Shown one piece after another: positions 38,904-46,811 of a stretch of 64,000 nt of DNA. Positions within the stretch are counted from its first letter, which is position 1, and each line of letters starts with the position of its first letter. Position numbers and translations under genes: made by a program. The notes below the pieces were generated by a model that did no database searches, was not told the DNA's origin, and saw only the letters and a list, made by a program, of their open reading frames with translations. This DNA comes from Candidatus Beckwithbacteria bacterium (GTDB lineage: Bacteria > Patescibacteriota > Microgenomatia > UBA1400 > UBA1449), in assembly GCA_012797845.1 (NCBI GenBank), contig JAAZOH010000004.1:1658-65657 (forward strand). The letters run 5' to 3'.

Positions 38904-40685
38904 ATGAACCAAGACTTGATTCGTAATTTTTCGATTATTGCCCATATTGACCATGGTAAATCCACCTTGGCTGATCGGCTGTTGGAGGTCACTAAAACCG
39001 TTTCTGACCGGGAGATGCAGGAACAATTTTTAGATAGTAACCCGATTTCTCGTGAGCGGGGCATTACTATCAAGCTGGCTCCGGTGCGAATGAACTATCC
39101 ATACGATGGTAAAAATTACATTCTCAATTTGATTGATACGCCAGGGCACGTCGATTTTTCCTACGAAGTTTCCCGAGCCCTAGCTGCTTGTGAAGGAGCT
39201 ATTTTACTAGTTGATAGCGTGGCCGGAATTCAAGCACAGACTTTAACTGTTTACCGTCAAGCTAAAGCCCAAAATCTGACGATTATCCCAGTGTTGAACA
39301 AAATTGATTTGCCAGGTGCTCGAGTAGAAGAGGTTTCTCTGGATTTGGCTGAAGCTTTTGGCTTTGATCCAGATGAAGTGTTACAAATTTCAGCTAAAAG
39401 CGGTTTAGGTGTCGAACAACTCTTGCAAACTATTATTGCTAAAATTCCTTCTCCGATTGGTAATTCTGAAGCTGCTACCAAAACTTTGGTATTTGATTCC
39501 CGCTTTGATCAGCATCAGGGAGTAATTGCTGATGTGCGGGTTTTTAGTGGCACGATCAAAACCAATGAAAAATTAAAATTAATGGCCCAAGATCGTCAAT
39601 TTGGGGCTACTGAACTGGGTTTTTATCAGCCAAAATCCATGCCACAAAAGCAACTAGTAGCTGGGGAAGTTGGCTATATTTGTACTGGCCTTAAAAGCTT
39701 AAGTGAAGTTAAAGTTGGCGATACGATTACTGCTGCTTTTAATGGTAGTACTCAAGCTTTGCCAGGATATAAAGAACCAAAACCAATGGTCTTTTTAGGA
39801 TTGTATCCTACAGATAATGACGCCTTTAATGACTTGGCCGAAGGCTTGGAAAAGCTCCATCTTAATGATGCTTCTTTTGTTTATACACCTGATTTTTCAG
39901 GGAGTTTAGGGAAAGGTTTCCGAGTTGGTTTTGCCGGTCTTTTGCATGCCGAAATTGTGCAAGAACGCCTAGAACGGGAATTTGATCTTGATTTAATTGC
40001 CACTGTTCCCAATGTAGTTTATGAATATGAGCTACATGGACAACGCTATGAAATCCAATCGGCTCAGGATTTACCAGATCAGGTTGATAAGATTTTTGAA
40101 CCGTGGTTGACAGTTTCAGTCTTTACTCCAAAGCAGTATTTGGGTTCGATTATGGAGCTTTTTGACGAGCGCAGAGGGGTGTATAAAAATTTAAGCTATT
40201 TATCAGACGGAGTCCAGCTCCAGTATGAACTACCTATGGCTGAGCTAATTACTGATTTTTTTGACCGATTAAAATCTGTTTCGTCTGGTTATGCCAGCTT
40301 GGATTATGAGCTAATTGGACGACGGGAAGTTAGTGCAATTCGGCTTGATATTTTAATTCATTTTGAAAGAGTTGAAGCACTTTCTCAAATTGTGGTTAAG
40401 GATCAAGCTCAGCGAATTGGCCAACTCGTAGTTAAGAAACTGAAAAAAGCTATCCCTAGGCAAATGTTTGAAATTGCGATTCAGGCGGCTATTGGTGGGA
40501 CCGTCATTGCCCGAGAAACGGTTAAAGCTTTTCGTAAAGACGTCACAGCCAAGCTTTATGGTGGCGACGTAACTAGGCGCATGAAACTTTTGGAAAAACA
40601 GAAAAAAGGTAAAAAACGAATGAAACGATTTGGAAAAGTTAATTTACCTCAAGAAGTGTTTATGGCGGTGGTGAAACGGGATTGA
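38904..40685 (+). CDS. lepA: elongation factor 4
   Basis: IRNFSIIAHIDHGKSTLADRL, DTPGHVDF and RKDVTAKLYGGD..R..KLLEKQKKGKKRMK motifs. Confidence 0.98.
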   Translation: MNQDLIRNFSIIAHIDHGKSTLADRLLEVTKTVSDREMQEQFLDSNPISRERGITIKLAPVRMNYPYDGKNYILNLIDTPGHVDFSYEVSRALAACEGAILLVDSVAGIQAQTLTVYRQAKAQNLTIIPVLNKIDLPGARVEEVSLDLAEAFGFDPDEVLQISAKSGLGVEQLLQTIIAKIPSPIGNSEAATKTLVFDSRFDQHQGVIADVRVFSGTIKTNEKLKLMAQDRQFGATELGFYQPKSMPQKQLVAGEVGYICTGLKSLSEVKVGDTITAAFNGSTQALPGYKEPKPMVFLGLYPTDNDAFNDLAEGLEKLHLNDASFVYTPDFSGSLGKGFRVGFAGLLHAEIVQERLEREFDLDLIATVPNVVYEYELHGQRYEIQSAQDLPDQVDKIFEPWLTVSVFTPKQYLGSIMELFDERRGVYKNLSYLSDGVQLQYELPMAELITDFFDRLKSVSSGYASLDYELIGRREVSAIRLDILIHFERVEALSQIVVKDQAQRIGQLVVKKLKKAIPRQMFEIAIQAAIGGTVIARETVKAFRKDVTAKLYGGDVTRRMKLLEKQKKGKKRMKRFGKVNLPQEVFMAVVKRD

Positions 40686-40747
40686 TTTTATTTCTTCTTC
40701 AAGATTTAAATCTACTTCTTCGACTTGTAAAGAGTAATCACGTTTTT

Positions 40748-40905
40748 ACTTTGCTCGTCCAAAGTGGCCTATTTCTTTGTGCCGCCAAAGAAATAGGCAA
40801 AAGAAAGCTCTCGCTTAGTTTAAAAAATATTCAGGAAAACTATTTTTCTCATTTTATGTCATCGAACTTGTCTTCTCAGAAAGACGTCAAACATTGCGAT
40901 GACAT
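40748..40905. other. structured non-coding element (tandem hairpins) between lepA and hrcA
   Basis: Hairpins ACTTTG-N6-CAAAGT (40748-65), a 13-bp stem GCCTATTTCTTTG-N6-CAAAGAAATAGGC (40767-98), and ATGTCATCG...CGATGACAT (40856-905). Confidence 0.55.
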
Positions 40906-41016
40906 TTTTAAAGAATTCGAAAAACAATTTCTTGAGTATTTTTTAAAAAAGCGATTTATAAAAAATAAAACACAAATCTTGGAAATTGATAATTTGAAAA
41001 TTACTTTCAATTCCTC

Positions 41017-41080
41017 TTGACATCAATTAGCAGTCGTGATAATCTTCTGCTAAATAGCAAAGCTATCTACGGAGTGTTAA
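41017..41080 (+). promoter_or_regulatory. hrcA-grpE-dnaK promoter with two abutting CIRCE operators
   Basis: TTGACA at 41017, TTAGCAGTC-N9-TTCTGCTAA (41027-53) and ATAGCAAAG-N9-GAGTGTTAA (41054-80). Confidence 0.75.
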
Positions 41081-41112
41081 GTGTTGTTTTGCCCTAACAC
41101 TTAACTACAATT

Positions 41113-41850
41113 ATGGAAATTCCTAGTTTGACTGATCGACAAATTCAAATTTTGAAACTAGTTATCGAGGAGCATATCGATACTGGTGAAGCAGTTGGTT
41201 CCGAGACTTTGGATAAAAAATTTAATTTGGGAGTTTCTCCAGCCACCATCCGCAATGAGATGGTTATCTTGACCCAGCAAGGCTTTTTGGATCAACCACA
41301 CACTTCTTCCGGTCGGGTGCCAACGCCAATAGCACTTAAGTTTTATATCCAACAACTGATGAATGAAAAAGATTTATCAGTGTCTGAAGAAGTAGAGGTC
41401 AAATCAAAAATCTGGGATTATCGTAATGAAGCTGGTCGATTATTGCGGGAAGCTGTCCATATTCTTTCGCAAAAGACCAATGCCATTGCCATTGCCACTA
41501 CTGACCACGGTGATGTTTTTCATGCTGGTTATGCCAATATTTTAGACATTCCGGAATTTTTTGATATTGATGTCACCAAAACTGTTTTATCAATTTTGGA
41601 TAATGGCGAACAATTACAAGTCATTTTTGAAAAATCCCGAGGCGAGGATCCAATCCATATTTTACTGGGTGATGATTTTGAAATTGAATACATGCAACCT
41701 TGCGGCATCGTTTACACTAAATTTCCAATGGGCTCATATGGACAGGGCACTTTAGGAATTATCGGTCCGTCACGGCTTAACTATGCATACATTATTCCGA
41801 TGATGCGTTACTTTGGCCGCTTAATCAGTGAAGTGACAAAAGATTGGTAA
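41113..41850 (+). CDS. hrcA: heat-inducible transcription repressor HrcA (short form)
   Basis: LTDRQ.QIL, VGS, SPATIRNEM, QPHTSSGRVPT and GIIGPSRLNY motifs. Confidence 0.96.
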   Translation: MEIPSLTDRQIQILKLVIEEHIDTGEAVGSETLDKKFNLGVSPATIRNEMVILTQQGFLDQPHTSSGRVPTPIALKFYIQQLMNEKDLSVSEEVEVKSKIWDYRNEAGRLLREAVHILSQKTNAIAIATTDHGDVFHAGYANILDIPEFFDIDVTKTVLSILDNGEQLQVIFEKSRGEDPIHILLGDDFEIEYMQPCGIVYTKFPMGSYGQGTLGIIGPSRLNYAYIIPMMRYFGRLISEVTKDW

Positions 41851-41856
41851 TTTTAT

Positions 41857-42318
41857 ATGGCAAAAAAAGATAAAACTGCACAAAATCCGGACCAAATCAA
41901 AATCGCTCAATTAGAACAGGATTTGGAAGCAATGAAGCAAAAGTTGTTGCGCTGTTTGGCAGATTATCAAAATCTGGAAAAACGTTTAGAAAAAGAAAAA
42001 CAAGATTGGATCAAATTTGCCAACACCGATTTGCTGCTGCGGATTTTGCCAATAGCAGACGATTTGGATAGAGCAGCCAATTTTATCAAAGATCCAGGAC
42101 TAGATATGGTTCGCAGTAATTTAAAAACTATGTTGGCTGAAGTTGGTGTAGAAGAAATTCAGGCTCAAGATCAGGAATTTGATCCGCAATGTATGGAATG
42201 TGTGGAACAAACAGATGGCCCAACTAACCAAGTGATGAGCATTTCTAGTAAAGGTTATGTACTTCATGGCAAAGTGTTGCGGCCAGCTAAAGTAGTAGTA
42301 GGAATTGCTAAAAAGTAA
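41857..42318 (+). CDS. grpE: nucleotide exchange factor GrpE
   Basis: LADYQNLEKR, LPIADDLDRA, FDP and GY.LHGKVLRPAKVVV motifs. Confidence 0.95.
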   Translation: MAKKDKTAQNPDQIKIAQLEQDLEAMKQKLLRCLADYQNLEKRLEKEKQDWIKFANTDLLLRILPIADDLDRAANFIKDPGLDMVRSNLKTMLAEVGVEEIQAQDQEFDPQCMECVEQTDGPTNQVMSISSKGYVLHGKVLRPAKVVVGIAKK

Positions 42319-42383
42319 TTTTTACCAAATTTAATTTTAAAAAAACATTAATAACAATTTAATTATTTTATAAAGGAGGCCTT

Positions 42384-44336
42384 ATGGCAGACAATTCAAA
42401 AATTATCGGTATAGATCTGGGAACCACCAACTCCTGTGTGGCTATTATGGAAGGTGGCAAAGCCAAAGTTATTCCTTCAGCTGAAGGGAATAATACTATT
42501 CCTTCTATCGTTGAACCAGATAAAAATCTGGTGGGAGAAGTGGCTAAACGCCAAATGGTATTAAACCCGGAAAATACTATTTATAGTGTTAAACGCTTAA
42601 TGGGTCGCAAAATTTCAGATAGCGAAGTTGAAAAAACCAAAAAAATGGTGCCTTACAAAATTGTTGAAGGTAAAAACGGTTCAGCCGCTGTTGAGGTAGC
42701 TGGTAAAAGTTATACTCCTCAAGAAATTTCGGCCAAAATTTTAGCTAAAATTAAAGCTGATGCTGAAGCCTACCTTGGCGAAAGTGTGGACAAAGCCGTC
42801 ATTACTGTCCCGGCTTATTTTAATGACAGTCAGCGACAAGCCACTAAACAAGCCGGTGAAATTGCTGGTCTAAAAGTTGAACGGATTATCAATGAACCAA
42901 CCGCAGCTGCGCTGGCTTATGGTAGCGAGAAAAACAAATCAGAAAAAATCGCAGTTTATGATCTCGGTGGTGGGACCTTTGATATTTCTATTCTGGAACT
43001 AGGTGACAACGTCTATGAAGTCAAATCTACCAATGGTGATACTCACTTGGGTGGGGATGATTTTGACCAGAAAATTATCGAATGGGTAGTGACTGAGTTT
43101 AAGAAAGAAAATGGTATTGATTTGTCAGCTGACAAACAAGCTCTGCAGCGGATTAAAGATGCCGCAGAAAAAGCTAAAAAAGAGCTGTCATCTTCAGCTG
43201 AAACTGAGATTAACCAACCCTTTATTACTCAAAGTAAAGACGGTCAACCGCTGCATCTGACTATGAAGTTGACCCGAGCTAAACTAGAACAGCTAGTTGA
43301 TGATCTTATTCAAGCAACTATCGAGCCATGTAAAAAGGCTTTGAAAGATGCCAAATTAGAAACCAAAGATATTAACGAAGTTATCTTAGTTGGTGGTCAG
43401 ACCCGAATGCCCAAAGTTCAGGAAGCGGTTAAAGATTTCTTTGGCAAAGAGCCCAATAAATCAGTCAATCCTGATGAAGTTGTGGCCGTAGGTGCGGCTA
43501 TCCAAGCTGGAGTTTTGATGGGCGATGTCAAAGACGTTTTGCTCCTAGATGTGACCCCATTAACTCTGGGCATTGAAACTTTGGGTGGAGTGATGACGCC
43601 AATGATTGAGCGCAACACTACGGTGCCAAACTCAAAATCTCAAGTCTACTCAACGGCCGCTGACAGTCAAACCCAAGTTGAGATTCATGTGCTCCAGGGT
43701 GAGCGACCTATGGCAGCTGACAATAAATCTCTCGGTAGATTTGTACTGGATGGTATTCCGGCAGCTCCCCGTGGTGTCCCTCAAATCGAGGTCACCTTTG
43801 AGCTGGATGCTAATGGGATTTTAAATGTGACCGCTAAGGATAAAGCTACCAACAAAGAGCAAAAAATTACGATCAAAGGCTCGACCGAGCTTTCTGATGA
43901 AGAAGTGGAGAAGATGCGTAAAGAAGCTGAATCTCATGCTGAGGAAGATAAACTTAAGAAAGAACGGATTGAAGTCCGCAACCAAGCTGACAACCTCGTC
44001 TTTACAGCTGAAAAGACGCTTAAAGATGCCGGTGATAAAGCCAAAGCTGAGGATAAAAAGGCTGTGGAAGAAGCTGTCGAAGATCTGAAAAAAGCTATTG
44101 AAAAAGATGACTTCAACAAAGAAGATGTGGAAGCTAAATCCAAAGTCCTTTCTGAAGCTTTGCAAAAAGTTGGAGCTGCTATGTATGAGCAGCAACAAGC
44201 TGCAGGTGGTCAAACCGGAGAAGCAACTCCTGAAGGCGAAGAAAAAACTGAGGGTAATGGCAAAGCTAAAGATCAGGATCAAGGCAAAACCAAGGCTGAT
44301 GGGGACGTAGAAGAGGGCGAAGTGGTAAATGAGTAG
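42384..44336 (+). CDS. dnaK: chaperone DnaK
   Basis: [31 protein letters not shown] and LLLDVTPL motifs. SD AAGGAGG. Confidence 0.99.
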   Translation: MADNSKIIGIDLGTTNSCVAIMEGGKAKVIPSAEGNNTIPSIVEPDKNLVGEVAKRQMVLNPENTIYSVKRLMGRKISDSEVEKTKKMVPYKIVEGKNGSAAVEVAGKSYTPQEISAKILAKIKADAEAYLGESVDKAVITVPAYFNDSQRQATKQAGEIAGLKVERIINEPTAAALAYGSEKNKSEKIAVYDLGGGTFDISILELGDNVYEVKSTNGDTHLGGDDFDQKIIEWVVTEFKKENGIDLSADKQALQRIKDAAEKAKKELSSSAETEINQPFITQSKDGQPLHLTMKLTRAKLEQLVDDLIQATIEPCKKALKDAKLETKDINEVILVGGQTRMPKVQEAVKDFFGKEPNKSVNPDEVVAVGAAIQAGVLMGDVKDVLLLDVTPLTLGIETLGGVMTPMIERNTTVPNSKSQVYSTAADSQTQVEIHVLQGERPMAADNKSLGRFVLDGIPAAPRGVPQIEVTFELDANGILNVTAKDKATNKEQKITIKGSTELSDEEVEKMRKEAESHAEEDKLKKERIEVRNQADNLVFTAEKTLKDAGDKAKAEDKKAVEEAVEDLKKAIEKDDFNKEDVEAKSKVLSEALQKVGAAMYEQQQAAGGQTGEATPEGEEKTEGNGKAKDQDQGKTKADGDVEEGEVVNE

Positions 44337-44339
44337 AGT

Positions 44340-44374
44340 TAGTATTTAGTATCAAGTATTGAGTATTTAGTATG
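44340..44374. repeat. heptamer tandem repeat (NAGTATN x5)
   Basis: TAGTATT TAGTATC AAGTATT GAGTATT TAGTATG. Confidence 0.7.
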
Positions 44375-44399
44375 GGGCGGGCTGAAAGCCCGCCCCTAC
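44374..44399 (-). repeat. GTAG-tagged REP-like palindrome (may act as dnaK terminator/stabiliser)
   Basis: Minus strand GTAGGGGCGGGCT-TTC-AGCCCGCCCC. Confidence 0.7.
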
Positions 44400-44405
44400 A
44401 GGTTC

Positions 44406-44867
44406 ATGATAATAAAGTATTTGGATTATACTGACAAACAAATTCATTTTGAGCAAATACATCAATTACTTAAAAATGAAGAAGGCCATATTTTTATTTT
44501 TTCTTTAGATAAAATAAAAAAAATTATTCAAAATAAGAATGCGATAATTGCAATCGATAAAGAAAGAGTAATTGGTTTTGTGAAATTCTATAAGAAAATG
44601 AGTGATAAAATTTTATTTAGAAATATTTGGCAGTGTGGTTCTTTAGTAGTCCACCCAGATTATCGTAACAGAGGAATTGGTAAACAGTTGATAAAAAAAT
44701 TATTAGATAAAATTGCATTAAATGATTTACCAATTGCTGTAGTTAGAAAAACAAATATTAATTCAGAGAATTTTTTTAGAAAAATTGGAGCAATAGAGGC
44801 AATAAATGCTAAAACTTCCAAAGAAACTTTTTATTTTTTTGATTTAACTAATATAAGAAATATCTAA
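44406..44867 (+). CDS. GNAT family acetyltransferase (very AT-rich)
   Basis: LVVHPDYRNRGIGKQL acetyl-CoA motif. Confidence 0.85.
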   Translation: MIIKYLDYTDKQIHFEQIHQLLKNEEGHIFIFSLDKIKKIIQNKNAIIAIDKERVIGFVKFYKKMSDKILFRNIWQCGSLVVHPDYRNRGIGKQLIKKLLDKIALNDLPIAVVRKTNINSENFFRKIGAIEAINAKTSKETFYFFDLTNIRNI

Positions 44868-44870
44868 CTT

Positions 44871-45722
44871 ATGACCACAAAACGAGATTTTTACGAAGTA
44901 CTAGGTGTATCCAAAACAGCCTCAGCAGATGAGATCAAAAAGGCTTATCGTAAGCTGGCTCTGGAGTACCATCCGGATCGCAATAAAGAAGCAGATGCAG
45001 CGGAAAAATTTAAAGAAATAAATGAAGCTTACGAAGTAATTTCCAATGAGCAAAAGCGCAAGCAGTACGACCAGTTTGGTCATGCGGCTTTTGATCCCTC
45101 GTCTGGTTTTGGTGGCTTTCAAGGTGGAAGGACGTATCAATCCGGACCATTTTCTTACACCTATTCTTCCAATGCTGGTGATGGCAACTTTGACTTTGGT
45201 GGCTTTTCCGATCCCTTTGAAATTTTTGAGCAGTTTTTTGGTGGCGGTTTTCGCCGTGCCCAAGCCAAACCTCGCTACAGCCTTAAGATTAGTTTTATGG
45301 AAGCTATGAAAGGCACTGAGCGCAAATTGGTACATCAAGGTAAAGAGCATGTGATCAAAATTCCGGCTGGAGTGGATGATGGCACCCGAATTCGCTTTAA
45401 TGATTTTGATGTCACCATTGATGTTCAATCTCATGAGACGTTTAAGCGGGAAGGTTATGATATTTTTGTAGACCACGAAATTCTTTTTACTCAAGCTACA
45501 TTGGGTGGGAAAACCACTATTCCTACGGTTGACGGTGATTTAGTTATTAAAATCAGACCTGGAACTCAACCAAGTACTATGGTTCGATTGCGGGGCAAAG
45601 GTGTGCCCAGGCTTCGTGGTGGTGGTCGGGGAGATGAATATATTCGGCTTGTTGTCAAAGTCCCCGAAAGACTTAGCCGCGAACAAAAGAGACTTTTCGA
45701 AGAGTTGGAAAAAACTTTATAA
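44871..45722 (+). CDS. dnaJ: DnaJ-family co-chaperone lacking the zinc finger (class B)
   Basis: J-domain with HPD, G/F region and C-terminal domain. No CxxCxGxG repeats. Confidence 0.9.
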   Translation: MTTKRDFYEVLGVSKTASADEIKKAYRKLALEYHPDRNKEADAAEKFKEINEAYEVISNEQKRKQYDQFGHAAFDPSSGFGGFQGGRTYQSGPFSYTYSSNAGDGNFDFGGFSDPFEIFEQFFGGGFRRAQAKPRYSLKISFMEAMKGTERKLVHQGKEHVIKIPAGVDDGTRIRFNDFDVTIDVQSHETFKREGYDIFVDHEILFTQATLGGKTTIPTVDGDLVIKIRPGTQPSTMVRLRGKGVPRLRGGGRGDEYIRLVVKVPERLSREQKRLFEELEKTL

Positions 45723-45740
45723 ATTGTTTTTTTGTTAAAA

Positions 45741-46217
45741 ATGAATGTACATATTCGTTTTGCCAAACCTTCTGATTGGCAGGTCATCCAAAAACTTAAT
45801 GATGAGGTGATGAAGGATAATGCCCAGTACGATCCCCATCTAAAAACAAATTATGCTTATAGCAAAATAGGTGAAAAATACTACAAAGATATTGTTAGTA
45901 ACCAAGAATTTTGTTGTTTTATTGCCGAACTTGATAGTATTCCAGTGGGTTATTTAGTAGCTGAAGATATGTCACTTGATTATAAATGTGATTATAAAAC
46001 CAGACCAATTGCGGAAATTTATGATATGGGTGTAACTAGTAAATACCGATCACAAGGTGTTGGATCCCAACTGATTGCAGATTTCAAGAATTGGTGCAAA
46101 GAAAAAGGGATTGAACTTTGGCGAGTTAATGTGTATGTCCAAAACGAGAGAGCTAGAAAATTTTATGAAAAGCATGGTTTAAAACCACTTGATATTTCTT
46201 TTGAGGGTGAAGTGTAG
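45741..46217 (+). CDS. GNAT family acetyltransferase
   Basis: VTSKYRSQGVGSQL and N..ARKFYEKHG motifs. Confidence 0.88.
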   Translation: MNVHIRFAKPSDWQVIQKLNDEVMKDNAQYDPHLKTNYAYSKIGEKYYKDIVSNQEFCCFIAELDSIPVGYLVAEDMSLDYKCDYKTRPIAEIYDMGVTSKYRSQGVGSQLIADFKNWCKEKGIELWRVNVYVQNERARKFYEKHGLKPLDISFEGEV

Positions 46218-46238
46218 TTACTCTTAATATCTTTGATT

Positions 46239-46311
46239 GTGTCATGTTGAGCAAAGCGAAACATCTTAAAGTTGCAAAAAGATCCTTTGAGCTTTGCTCT
46301 CAGGATGACAC
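46239..46311. repeat. full palindromic element (empty copy A)
   Basis: GTGTCATGTTGAGCAAAGCGAAACATCT-N13-AGATCCTTTGAGCTTTGCTCTCAGGATGACAC. Confidence 0.9.
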
Positions 46312-46337
46312 CATAGAGTATAGATAGAATTTGAAAT

Positions 46338-46700
46338 GTGTCATTCTGAGTGAAGCGAAGAATCTTTGCTATGTTAACAAAAGAATATTTTGTTTATATT
46401 TTAACCAATTATACCAATACGACTTTATATATAGGTGTCACAGATAATCTTAAAAGAAGAATATATGAACATAAAAATGATTTAGTAGAAGGATTTTCAA
46501 AAAATATAAACTACATAAATTAGTCTATTTTGAAACGTTTAATGATATTACAATAGCAATACAAAGAGAAAGATATTTAAAAGGCAAAACGAGAAATTTT
46601 AAAGATACTTTGATTCAAAAAACAAATCCGAAATTTGAAGATTTATTTAATAAACTAGATTAAAGATCCTTCTCTTGCTAAGATGGGACCAGGATGACAC
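46338..46700 (+). mobile_element. palindromic element whose spacer is a GIY-YIG nuclease gene (putative autonomous copy)
   Basis: Left arm 46338-46365, ATG at 46371, TAA at 46661-63, and right arm starting at the next base (46664-46700). Confidence 0.7.
46371..46663 (+). pseudogene. small stand-alone GIY-YIG nuclease with a 1-nt frameshift (A6 at 46499-46504)
   Basis: Frame 1 reads MLTKEYFVYILTNYTNTTLYIGVTDNLKRRIYEHKNDLVEGFSK. The -1 frame continues KYKLHKLVYFETFNDITIAIQRERYLKGKTRNFKDTLIQKTNPKFEDLFNKLD*. One extra A gives an intact 97-aa protein. Confidence 0.9.
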
Positions 46701-46728
46701 TAACTATAAGAATGGTTAAAGTGCAGAC

Positions 46729-46803
46729 TGTGTCATTCTGAGCAAAGCGAAGAATCTAATGATTTAAAAAAGATCTTTCGGGCGTTGCCCTCAAGATGAC
46801 ACA
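46729..46803. repeat. full palindromic element (empty copy C)
   Basis: TGTGTCATTCTGAGCAAAGCGAAGAATCT-N13-AGATCTTTCGGGCGTTGCCCTCAAGATGACACA. Confidence 0.9.
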
Positions 46804-46811
46804 AGGAAATT

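Noticed and set aside
40682-41020. 112-aa ORF from the ORF track
   Set aside because: It has a TTG start and no motif, and it overlies hairpins and the hrcA promoter. It is likely spurious.
43821-45494. Long antisense ORFs over dnaK and dnaJ (also over groEL and others)
   Set aside because: These are shadow frames of highly conserved genes with no independent motifs.
46239-46803. CRISPR array or integron attC cassette array
   Set aside because: The repeats are inverted pairs with variable sequence and irregular spacing. No cas or intI gene is present and there are no GTTRRRY core sites.
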